A stretch of 64,000 nucleotides of DNA. It comes from Nemertoderma westbladi (taxonomy: Eukaryota; Animalia; Xenacoelomorpha). The notes below the pieces were generated by a model. The model had not been told where the DNA came from. It saw only the letters and a program-made list of their open reading frames with translations, and did not search any database. Position 1 is the first letter of the stretch. Every line of letters starts with the position of its first letter. Where the stretch lies: positions 16,011-80,010 of the forward strand of contig JAUCBJ010007050.1 of the NCBI GenBank assembly GCA_032718475.1, in the 5' to 3' direction. Shown here piece after piece: positions 37,538 through 47,949 of the stretch. Both the position numbers and the translations under genes were made by a program.

Positions 37538-38535
37538 CTCTATTAACTTCTAGGTAGGAACACTCCGTGATACATAACGTAGAACCTATAGCGATACGGC
37601 TATAGGTCGTCAGGCGGTGGTATTTTCCTATCTAGACAACGCAGTGTATTTACTACTACTTATTATTTCAAATACCGTAGTACCCTGTCCGCTGTAATAA
37701 TCAGTTTTCTAACCCTTTGTTAGGCTGGTTTGTAGACTTCTTGTAAAATTACCCTAAAAATTCGTATTTTGTGTTTTTTGTAAAATTTTGTGTTTAGTTA
37801 GAGATTGTAATCTCAACCCAAATTGTACGTAATTTGTAGTATTAAGTAACTTAGGTAAATTAGTATTATTTGTTTTAGTGTCCTGTACGTAACACTTCAC
37901 TGAAAGCGTACCGCTTTGTGTAGTGATTAGGCCTACCCCAGAAATAATAACATTTGTTTCAAAAATTGACAAAACCCATTAAAACGGGTATATATATATT
38001 ATAAATCAAATCTAACGATTTATAAATCGTAGGCCTACCTTACAACCATTAGGTCTCAATATCAGTTGGATTACTGCTCAAATAACGGTAATAAAGTAAG
38101 TAAAGTAACCAAGTAACCCTAAAATTCAGAAATTCAATTATTTAAAATAATTGATATACCGGTATTTACGATAGGCCTATTATCTTTATTTCTATAAATC
38201 TAGGCTGAAATTATACCGGTACTTGTAATTAATTCTATTTCAGAATTATATATCCTACAAACTGTAAGCTGTATACCGGTATTCCGATAGGCCTATTATA
38301 TATTTATATATATTTGTGCTAAAATTATACCGGTATTCTGTGATAAACCTAGTCTGTAATAATACTTATATAGTTATATATACTATAAGTATACCGGTAT
38401 TCTAATATATTATATATATCACGCTACACTGAGTAGCAGTACCGGTAATTAATTACTAGGCTAACAGGTAATACTGAGTTACTAGACTTACTCAGACTGT
38501 AATACAGCAGTAGACATTCAACGGTATACATAGTC

Positions 38536-41500
38536 ATGTCTGATACTAAGCACAACCTGTCAGACAGTTTATTAGATGTAACTATCTGCGACTCAGATAG
38601 AGACGTACAACCGTCTGGTCGTAAATCTAGTTCACCTCCCACTGTGAGGGAGGTCATCCCTCCAGTAGTAATAACACAACCTAGGCTGGTCCAACATCGT
38701 AGGTCTATCATAGGCACTCGAGCTCAGGTCAAGCGGGACCAAAAGGCAGCGGAACAGCAACAACCCGCTAGTCAAGAACTTATTCCTCAGCGGCCCAGCA
38801 GCTCCAGTAGTGAGGATACTGTAGAGCTGACACCCGAGAGCGGAGCAGAGATGACGGATGCGGTTTATACGGATCCCCTTCTCATCCTTCCTGCAGCCAT
38901 GCTCGCTGGGTTATTGATCGCGGTGGAAGAACACCAGATTGATTGGGCGAGAAGTCAACGGTCAACTAGAGATAACTACGCGGGATACACTAGTGAAGAA
39001 CTGAAGTCTATTGTCGAGTCGCAATGGAACTTCCCCGGACCCGGACTCCCGTTTGATTTATCAGAAGCTGCCTGGGAAGACATACACCGGATGGGAGTAG
39101 CCAAGGAAACCATCGATCCAGCTGTATGGAAGAGGTCCGCAGCCGGATACGCACAGGGATTCTTCAGCTCTATGGAGCGAGTAGAGAGACAACTGTTTCA
39201 ACAACCTCAAGGACCTCAAGAGCAGGGATCGCTGCTTTATCAAGTTAGAGAAAGAGTTCTGCGGATTAGGCTAATCTTATCCGCCTTTGAGGAGGCTTCT
39301 AAAAGAAGACAAGACACGTCGTTGCAAGTTGCCGTGAAGACTTGGTTTCAACGGGTGAGTCGCCAGGTTCAAGGAGCAGCTCAGTGGAAAGCTCAGTTGG
39401 AGGAGCGCTCAACCCATGGAGAATCGACGGACGCTATTTTTTCCCAAGTGGAAAGTGAAGCGACGGCAGAGAAACCGCATAAGAAGGATGCCATTGATAT
39501 CTATCTGTCAGACTATCAGCGTTTTTTGGGAGATGATGAGTTGAGGAGAAGGTTAGAGGGACTTAGCCCTAATAGCGAAGGAGCCAAACTCGTGTTAGAT
39601 GCGATTGATGTGGATAGGTTAGCGGCGAACCAAGCTAAATTCGATGAACAACTCCGCATCGCTAGAGAACAAGAAGAACAAGTAAAGAAAAAACGTATAG
39701 AAGATAGAAAGACAGCGGCAGTGGCAGCAGCAGTGGCAGAGGCAGAAGCGGAAAGAAAAGCGGCAGCAGCAGTAGCAGCGGCAGAAGCGGAAAGAAAAGC
39801 GGCAGTGGCAGTGGCAGTGGCAGAGGCCGAAGCGGAAAGGAAAGCGGCATCGGCAGTGGCAGAGGCCGAAGCGGAAAGAAAAGAGGCATTGGCAACAGCA
39901 GAGGCAGTGGTAGAAGCCGAACGGAGGGCATCTGAAGAGGCAACCCAACTAGAGTTGGAAATTCTTCAAGAGAAGCAAGACAACTTCAATAAACAGTTAA
40001 CAGCGAGCAATATGCAGATGATGAGTCGATCTACTCCCAAGAGACAGGGGTATACATCATCTGAGGAAGGCGATACCACCGACACTGAAGGTGGAAGAAA
40101 TCGATCTCGCCTAAGCAGACATAAAAGAACGTTCCACCGTCAGAAATTGCCTGATTTGCCTCCAGCTGTTAGAAGGCAACTCAATAACACTAACTTAGGT
40201 AGTACAGAGCCCACAGACCAAATAATTAAAATAGAAAGACTCCCTACTATAGTAGATGAGCCTGAAATAATTAGGCCTGTTCTTGAAATCACCCCTTCGG
40301 TGATAGACACACATGTGCTCCCTGAAACTACCTCTAAATTCCCTCTGCATAGCACTAAGCTACCTGTGCCCCGCAGAACTGCCCAAGAGACAGTTCAGGT
40401 CCTGGACCCCGAGCGAAATATTCACAATTTGTCGCCCGTTGTCCCTCGTCCGCCCGCTACAACGTTGGCGACTCCCGCTTCGGCGGTCGAATGGGTGGAC
40501 GAGAGACGGCGGGGGATGGATATCCTGCTCGGGCAGATGCAGGAGACTGTCCAGCAATTCAAGGGCACAGTAAGGGAAAGTAGGCTAGAGTTGCAAGAAG
40601 TGCAGCAAAGTATCGCGCTTGAACGCGATAAATTAGTAAATACCCAAAAGGGTATACCACCACCCTCTGTAACAATGTGTCAACCTGTTAGGTCTGAAGT
40701 ATTGCATGCGCAAGGTGTGGAGCCTACACGCATATATACTGCTAGCGAAGTAGAAACTCCTATAGTGAACCCTATTAAGGGTAATTATAGACCTGTTGAT
40801 AATGATATTCCATATAGAACTGATCATAATCCGAGAAATTTATATACCGATAACTCGATATTAAATAGCACGATGGCCCAAGAAAGTTTTACGCGTCAAA
40901 TGGCTAGAACCGAAGCCCGGCAAGCGGTAAAGGTTGGAGAGATCGTCAAGTTCAATGGAGATGAGATGAAATGGTTACCTTTTAATGAATATTACAAAGA
41001 TAACATACAGAACTCTGTACTATCTAATGGAGAAAAACTTAGATACCTCATCGAGTGCTTGGAAGGATCTCCCAAGTTAATGGCGTTAAGGTTTATTGGA
41101 CATCCAGACGGATTAAGACAAGTTTGGGATACACTAAACATCAGGTATGGTAATAAGAATAACATAGCTGGGTATTTGTATGCAAAGTTGGTAGCGCCCC
41201 GAAAGTTTATTAGCAGCGGGATTATAGAGTTTTCCGATGAAATTCAGGAGATCTGCAGACAATTAGATTGGCTAGGTAAGTCTCATGAGTATCAGAGTGC
41301 TATGGTTATTAGAGCAGTGGCTTCTACTTTACCGAAGGGTGGAGTAGGTACACGCTGGGATAAGAAAGTGTTATATATGATGGAACAACAACGACGAGAC
41401 CCTACCATGGCTGATCTCATGTCATTCCTAGATGGAGAAGTGAAATTACAGCTCCTGAAACAGTCTAGGGAGAAAACACCGGAAAACAAGGTAAGTGAAA

Positions 41501-42708
41501 AACCCGTCTCTAGGAGAAAAATAACACCAGTATGTTATACCGATGACGGCGAAAGCCAGACTTCTCAAGGAGAAGATAGCGGGAAGGACACGGATAGATC
41601 TTATTACGTGAATAAAATGCCTAAAGATCAGGTAAGTAAATTTAAGTCTCGAACAAATGACAGGAGGGAACAGGTAAGAAAAACTCCTCCCACGTCTCCC
41701 AAGAGAATTCATTTGAGGAAACCCGAAGAAAGGGCAAGTGTACACAATGTGACTCAAAACAAGGTAAGTAACATCAAACCAAAATGTGCGCTGTGTGACG
41801 GGACCCACTATTTGAATAGGTGTGATGAATTTCTAAAGAAATCACTAAAGGATAGACGTGAAGTCATGTGGGATAAGCGGTTGTGTTATAATTGCCTCAG
41901 ACGAGGACACCAACGGCGAACCTGTAACTCCGACGCAAGGTGTGCAAAGTGCGGCGCAAAACATCATATCTTGTTGCACACGGAATTCGAACGAAACAGC
42001 CCGAGTCAGGTAAGTGAGTCCGAACTACATGTCCAATTCAGTGATGTGAACGACACTGATCAATCTGAGATGGAAGGATTCTATACGGACGAGTTCTCCG
42101 ACCAAAACGAATCCTGTTACCTAATAAACACCACCGCAGTGTATCGAGCACTCGTACATGAGAAAGACACAGACAGCGACCTTACCTTAACTACTTCCGA
42201 TCAACAACCATCTTGGAAAGCGCCAACTTCCAATATAGGAATCCGAGAGTTTCCTGTGGTGCAGGTAAGGGTGCACGGACCTAAACGGAGTTATGTAGTG
42301 AACGCCCTCCTGGACTCCGGCAGCACAGGAACATTCATCGATAAAGAGCTAGCCGAAGATATATTTGCTGGACAACCCAAGTTCCAAACTAAACTCAACA
42401 TGTCAGGCATTATGCAAGTTTGGAAATCTACAATAACAGCTGATTATTATGTAGGCGCGTTGTCCACCCCACAAGACGAACTAGGAGAACATAGCATCAG
42501 GTCAGTGAAAATGGTGGCTATAAAGAACTTCGCTACTACTCAAGCAGACCTTTATAATTGGGACGAGGATGAGAGCATCCAACATCTTAACATACCTCGA
42601 TTCCAGACTGATTATCCTGGAGTGCAAATACTCATCGGCCAAAACGCGCATGAGGCGCTGGAGACATTAGAGAAACGACCTGCTCAACCGCAACCACTTC
42701 AGCCCTAA
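38536..42708 (+). CDS. gag: BEL/Pao Gag-protease (family B copy 1)
   Basis: KFNGDEMKWLPF, CALCDGTH..C, CYNCLRRGH..C, CAKCGAKHHILLH, ALLDSGSTGT; the terminal TAA corresponds to TAT(Y) in copy 2. Confidence 0.92.
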   Translation: MSDTKHNLSDSLLDVTICDSDRDVQPSGRKSSSPPTVREVIPPVVITQPRLVQHRRSIIGTRAQVKRDQKAAEQQQPASQELIPQRPSSSSSEDTVELTPESGAEMTDAVYTDPLLILPAAMLAGLLIAVEEHQIDWARSQRSTRDNYAGYTSEELKSIVESQWNFPGPGLPFDLSEAAWEDIHRMGVAKETIDPAVWKRSAAGYAQGFFSSMERVERQLFQQPQGPQEQGSLLYQVRERVLRIRLILSAFEEASKRRQDTSLQVAVKTWFQRVSRQVQGAAQWKAQLEERSTHGESTDAIFSQVESEATAEKPHKKDAIDIYLSDYQRFLGDDELRRRLEGLSPNSEGAKLVLDAIDVDRLAANQAKFDEQLRIAREQEEQVKKKRIEDRKTAAVAAAVAEAEAERKAAAAVAAAEAERKAAVAVAVAEAEAERKAASAVAEAEAERKEALATAEAVVEAERRASEEATQLELEILQEKQDNFNKQLTASNMQMMSRSTPKRQGYTSSEEGDTTDTEGGRNRSRLSRHKRTFHRQKLPDLPPAVRRQLNNTNLGSTEPTDQIIKIERLPTIVDEPEIIRPVLEITPSVIDTHVLPETTSKFPLHSTKLPVPRRTAQETVQVLDPERNIHNLSPVVPRPPATTLATPASAVEWVDERRRGMDILLGQMQETVQQFKGTVRESRLELQEVQQSIALERDKLVNTQKGIPPPSVTMCQPVRSEVLHAQGVEPTRIYTASEVETPIVNPIKGNYRPVDNDIPYRTDHNPRNLYTDNSILNSTMAQESFTRQMARTEARQAVKVGEIVKFNGDEMKWLPFNEYYKDNIQNSVLSNGEKLRYLIECLEGSPKLMALRFIGHPDGLRQVWDTLNIRYGNKNNIAGYLYAKLVAPRKFISSGIIEFSDEIQEICRQLDWLGKSHEYQSAMVIRAVASTLPKGGVGTRWDKKVLYMMEQQRRDPTMADLMSFLDGEVKLQLLKQSREKTPENKVSEKPVSRRKITPVCYTDDGESQTSQGEDSGKDTDRSYYVNKMPKDQVSKFKSRTNDRREQVRKTPPTSPKRIHLRKPEERASVHNVTQNKVSNIKPKCALCDGTHYLNRCDEFLKKSLKDRREVMWDKRLCYNCLRRGHQRRTCNSDARCAKCGAKHHILLHTEFERNSPSQVSESELHVQFSDVNDTDQSEMEGFYTDEFSDQNESCYLINTTAVYRALVHEKDTDSDLTLTTSDQQPSWKAPTSNIGIREFPVVQVRVHGPKRSYVVNALLDSGSTGTFIDKELAEDIFAGQPKFQTKLNMSGIMQVWKSTITADYYVGALSTPQDELGEHSIRSVKMVAIKNFATTQADLYNWDEDESIQHLNIPRFQTDYPGVQILIGQNAHEALETLEKRPAQPQPLQP

Positions 42709-43524
42709 GCGGTAAGAACTAGAGTAGGTTGGTACCTTACTGGACCTTCCCGTAGAACGCTCAGAGAAAGACTGCTTCAAGATCGCGTCTGCCAGCGGAG
42801 TAAATGGGAAGATGATACTAGTGAGGGAGACGACCCAACTGAGGGAACACCACACTCCTCAGATAATGACAACCTTAGCTCCAATGTAGATCAATGGAGA
42901 TATTGCCCCAAGAAGTTTAATCCAACGGACATCGCTTCCAGAGGAGCAACTCCTCAAGAACTGACAGATACTATAGACCGGTTAGGTGAACCCGACTTCC
43001 TGAGTAAGGAGAATGAATGGCCTCCCCATCTTACTCCGACTGAGATTAGACCAGCCAAGGGAGCGGAGAAAGTCGAACCTGAAACCCGGACGGGTGGATC
43101 GGAGTTATTTGAACCCGGGATAGATCTGTCGGTATTACATGTTGCCAGGGACGACGCCGTGGATCTGGGCCTCCCCTCCGCGAGTGGATCCTTCATGAAG
43201 ATCAGAGAGAGCGATTGGAGCTCTGGAACATCAGACGTCTCGCAGGGACTCTCACCTCTCCTGCAGAGAGCGACGGACCACTATAGCTCCTGGAATCGGC
43301 TTTGTGACGCCGTCATATACTTTGAGCGATGTTTCTATCGTCACTATTCCAGGACGAAGAGGAAACCTGGAATTGTATTCAGGATGCAGCGACTCAATCA
43401 CCCAGTCGGTCGTTTGTGTTTATCGGAAGGGAATGGAGGACTCTCCGGAAACTGTGGAAGGCAAGATTCTCTTCCCACGACCACCTCCCTAATCCTTCAA
43501 ACATCTAGGGACTCCATAACGTAA
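42709..43524 (+). pseudogene. Spliced-together pol vestiges (RNase H tail and integrase C-terminus; RT and IN core absent)
   Basis: RTRVGW, QWRYCPKKFNPTDIASRG, YSSWNRL, HPVGRLCL. Confidence 0.8.
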
Positions 43525-46004
43525 CAACATATGGAGTGGGTGTGTGACTCTATTATTTTATATTATATTATTATTTTTATATTTATGTATGTATTACTAT
43601 GTAATTTTATTATAATCGTTTTATTTAATTTAGTAGAATATTATTTAGCGATTATTTTGTAGAATAGTGCAATATATTCGTGTTTATTACGTACGTAATT
43701 ACTTATATTATATTTAGTGCGACGGCGAGAAATAATTATTTTTCTCTTTCCTTACTGCTCGTATTCTATTATAAATACGTAACTACAGTAAGATGAAATG
43801 TCCGTACTTATTAAAGTACAATAAAGCCACTACTATATTTAAGTATTATTGGTAGGCAGAGTATTAGGAATGCAAAGTTCAGATCCTCGTGTCTCGGCTA
43901 AACCAAGCTCTGGGTAGACCTTGGAAACGACTTGCCTCTTCACACTGACATTGCTTCGTGCGATATTGCTCTCATACCGTATATTAAATAATACATATAG
44001 TAGCGTGATGTCCCTTTAACAGTAGCGTATAACGCAAAATAAATCTGTTAAACCCTTTGACCATCTGTAATTCTAGTCGATTAAGATATCGTGGCACCCA
44101 CCGATATACTTGAAAGACAAATTATAGAATCAGTGGTTAACGTCCCCAGACAAGTTCTGGAATAAATCGGTGCCCATCTCAAATATTAATTAGTTAATAT
44201 TTACAAATCAAATAAGTCAAAATCTGTAAAATCCAGATCCTTCAACAATTCTAGTCAATTAAGATATCGTAGCATTTACCGATATTCTTAAAGAGACAAT
44301 TTCTTAGAATTAAGGATCTTGTGTCCCTAGACATGTTCTAGAATCAAAATATGTCCATTTAATTATCAAATAATAAAATTTCAGGGAATAAATTTAAATT
44401 CATGCCTTTTAATGAATTTAATAAATTGCCATTTTACGCAATTTATAAAGTTCCCAAAATTCCATTAATTAATAGATCAAGGGAGCGGAGATTTATCTTA
44501 TCATGCGTATGAGAGTGTGAAAGTCTCCCAAACATAGTTAATAGCCGATAAAATTCTTAAAGTCATGTATAAACAGGACATTGACTATTAAAGAATTCCT
44601 ATTAAATAACATCCCAGATCTGTATGCATTGGAATCACCCTAACTCTACCGCTAGCTTTGCATAATGTCACCATAGCAACAACCACGCTAGAATTAGAAT
44701 TGAGTTAAACTAACAATAGAAAGCTTGTCCCATTGAATAACATAGGGAATAAATCGCGCACTACTAGTATCCAAGGATACATAATAATACAGTGACATTC
44801 TGGAAGGCATTGACTAACGGACAAATGGCCCGAATGTGTGTAGTTGTGACCAGTTGTGTGGTATTTGTGAGTTTATAGGTGAATGTTACTGCTAAAGTGT
44901 GTTTACAGTAGCTAGTCGCAATCGTAAAATAACCTAACTCTCCAAGGAATACCTGAAGTACATCTAAGCCTTTGGGACGGACAGTGGAGTGACTTGTGTC
45001 GGTTATCGTTGTAGTTGTACGGCTACGTCGTTGGCGAAAGTACAGCTACAGCGGTACATCGGCGCTGAGAATCTCTTACTGTCCTTCTTACCCTACCAGA
45101 CGTGCGTCTTTGGTATTATTACGATAAATGCCCTAGACCCAACTAATAAACGGAAAGACATAAACATCCACGTAAACCTAAACTTGTTGACGTATCACCT
45201 ATGCTCACTCGGCTCGAACGATCCTGGAGTAAACCTACGATCAGAGTCCCGGAATACTCGGTCAAACCTCCTCATTCCTTAGTTGGACCTCAGACCTGCG
45301 ATCTTGGTGGTGTCGCGGATCCTCGCGGACTGTATTCACTGTTCAAAGATCTAGTGCTACCTTAACAATTAATCGGTAACACTCCGACAGTGATTTCTAG
45401 CTAGCCGCCCATCTTACCTAGCCGGATTGTGACGCGGACACCTAATATCACTATCCAACCGTATGGTCGTCCACGTTTAACGCGATACAACCCCTCATCA
45501 AGGGGAAGGAGAGCGTTGTACGAAACGAGTTAAACGCTATTTTATAAAGATCAAAAAGGAAACCTGCGTTTGTTCAGATAAACGTAAGTTATAACAGTGA
45601 GTCCAATCGATAAACGAATTGGCCTTATCTCAATTCGATTGGGAAATCCAGAATCTCTAAGAAGTTATCGAACTTGGACGATCCTATTCTCTGCGAGAGT
45701 TTTTGGATGAACGTATCCAGCTACGAGCGGAGGAAAATCAGCTCGAGGAGAAGCATATCGAAACGGCAGATACCTCGACCACAATCCTACACCTTCTGAT
45801 GCAATCATATTGCACCCTTCACCCAGGAGTTATGGCCCTCCTAGTAAAGTGGCTCCCCCCAAAGAGAAAAAGACTCTTGCTAGCCTCAAAAAACTGCGTA
45901 AACGCCGTCCGCGCAAGAAAGACTAACTGTTTAGAGTATCTTTATGTTTTAGAAACTGTGATTTTTATATTTTATAGACTGAAAATCCCATTTTCTGGGA
46001 GCGG

Positions 46005-47263
46005 TGTAAAAGCCTTTGCTGAATTGCCCCGTTATTTTTATTATCTTTTACATTAAAATACTCTGTAGTTGATTTAATAAGTGTAAGAGACCGTATTATT
46101 GCTGTATCGGTGTTTTTAGAGGATCTAAGACCTATTTCCTCCGTATGTGTACTGTGAAAGGCATATTTTATGATTCTATGGCAATTCGTGACGCAAAGGG
46201 GTGATAGCTACTCTTGAACAGTAGTTACTATGACTACGGTTAACAGCTGACATTCATACGTGTTGATTTCCTTTGTTCTACGGCGTCTCTCAGTTCAGTC
46301 AGCCAATGAGAGCGTTTTTGTGGCTCCTTGTACAGAAAATTTCCGAGAAATGACGCAATGCCTATGTGCAGTGTTTACATTCAGTCTTGAGCCAAAGAAA
46401 GAACGGCTTGGAAGTATTTTGTGCTTTACTGTTTTAGTCGTACACTAGTAGGTTTAATTATAAAGGGCATATATCCTTTAACTGCAATTTAACATACCTA
46501 ACGACTACCTGACTCATGGAATCACTGCTAACTGATCATACATACTGACTGCTGAAACATTGCAAACTCATAACAATCAGTGTTCAGTTGTTGTTTTATA
46601 CTGCTATTTGTTGTCGGTTATTCATTATATTTGTTGATGAATTATTATATTGGAATAACGAGAAATAACCCCGACACCCAATATTCTTGATATACCGAAG
46701 GTAAGAGAGAAAGGTTACAGATAAACGATTGTGACTTATGTTAAAGTGGTTTGAAGTGAATCTAATGTTATTTGATAGACCCTACATGAGTCAGTCTGTG
46801 TTCCTTTTATATGTGACTAAAATCAGTGAAGATCGGCAGATTAGTGTGCAGTATTGTGCAGCATTGTGTATGAGTGAGTCTGTTAAAGAAGCATTCCTAA
46901 AGAATGCGCCATATATGTGAATTATAATTAAGCCATATCGTTGTGAGTAGTTTAAGTCATAACTCTGTTTATGTAGATAAAGTGCCACGTCCTAAAGGAA
47001 CTGTTAATATTCCCGAAGGTAAATAATATTGTCAGAGATTATATAATACTGTCAGTCGAATAATACATTAGGCTTACATAGCAATAAAATTAAACCGTCG
47101 AACCCAATCTCCCGGGAATATCCAGCGGGTGAATGGTCGCGCACGGATTGGTTTCGACTAGTGTAGTGAATCTAATACTTGTCATAGACTAAAAACTGAT
47201 TTAATATCTAGAAGACATCTTAATTTGGTGGGTTAAACTGCCAAAGGTCTGAAAGCGCGAACA
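46005..47263 (+). repeat. Putative 3' LTR of family B copy 1 (~1.26 kb)
   Basis: PPT-like gggagcgg then TGTAAAAG...GCGCGAACA; homology with copy 2 ends at this ACA. Confidence 0.65.
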
Positions 47264-47949
47264 CCCGTATCGTAAGTAATTTGTAGTATTAAGTAACTTA
47301 GGTAAATTAGAATTATTTGTTTTAGTGTCCAACAAATAGCACTTCACTGAGAGCGTACAGCTTCTGTGTAGTGACCCCCCAGAAATAATAACATTTATTT
47401 CAAATATTGACAAAACCCATTTTAAACGGGTATATATATATTATAAATCAACTCAAACGATTTATAAATAGTAGGCCTGCCATACAACAACTAGGTCTCA
47501 ATATCAGTTGGACTACTGCTTAAATAACGGTAATAAAGTAAGTTAAAGTAACTAAGTAACCTTTAAAATTCAGAAATTCAATTATTTAAATAATTGATAT
47601 ACCGGTATTCACGATAGGCCTATTATCTTTATTTCTATAAATTTAGGCTGAAATTATACCGGTATTCTGTAATTAATTCTAGTCCAGAATTATACTTATA
47701 TACTATAAGTGTAGGCTGTATACCGGTATTCACGATAGGCCTATTATATATTTATATATATTTGTGTTAAAATTATATACCGGTATTCTGAGACAAACTT
47801 AGTTTACAATACTTATATATATTATAAGTGTATACCGGTATTCTAATATACTGTAATTAATTACCGGTACTAGGCCAACGGTCATACTGAATTACTAGAC
47901 TTGCTTTGACTGTAACTATAGCAGTAAGCATTCAACTGTATAGCTAAAC

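Larger units (their letters stand above)
37829..47263 (+). mobile_element. BEL/Pao non-autonomous element family B, copy 1 (Gag-PR, deleted pol, structured 3' region, 3' LTR; no 5' LTR seen; may extend to ~37500)
   Basis: Collinear homology with 47276-56466. Confidence 0.85.

Noticed and set aside
43542-47263. Giant 3.7-4.3-kb LTR starting at ggagtgggtg|TGTGAC after the pol vestige
   Set aside because: gggagcgg|TGTA..TACA gives a more typical ~1.2-kb LTR. Without a 5' LTR the alternative cannot be fully excluded.
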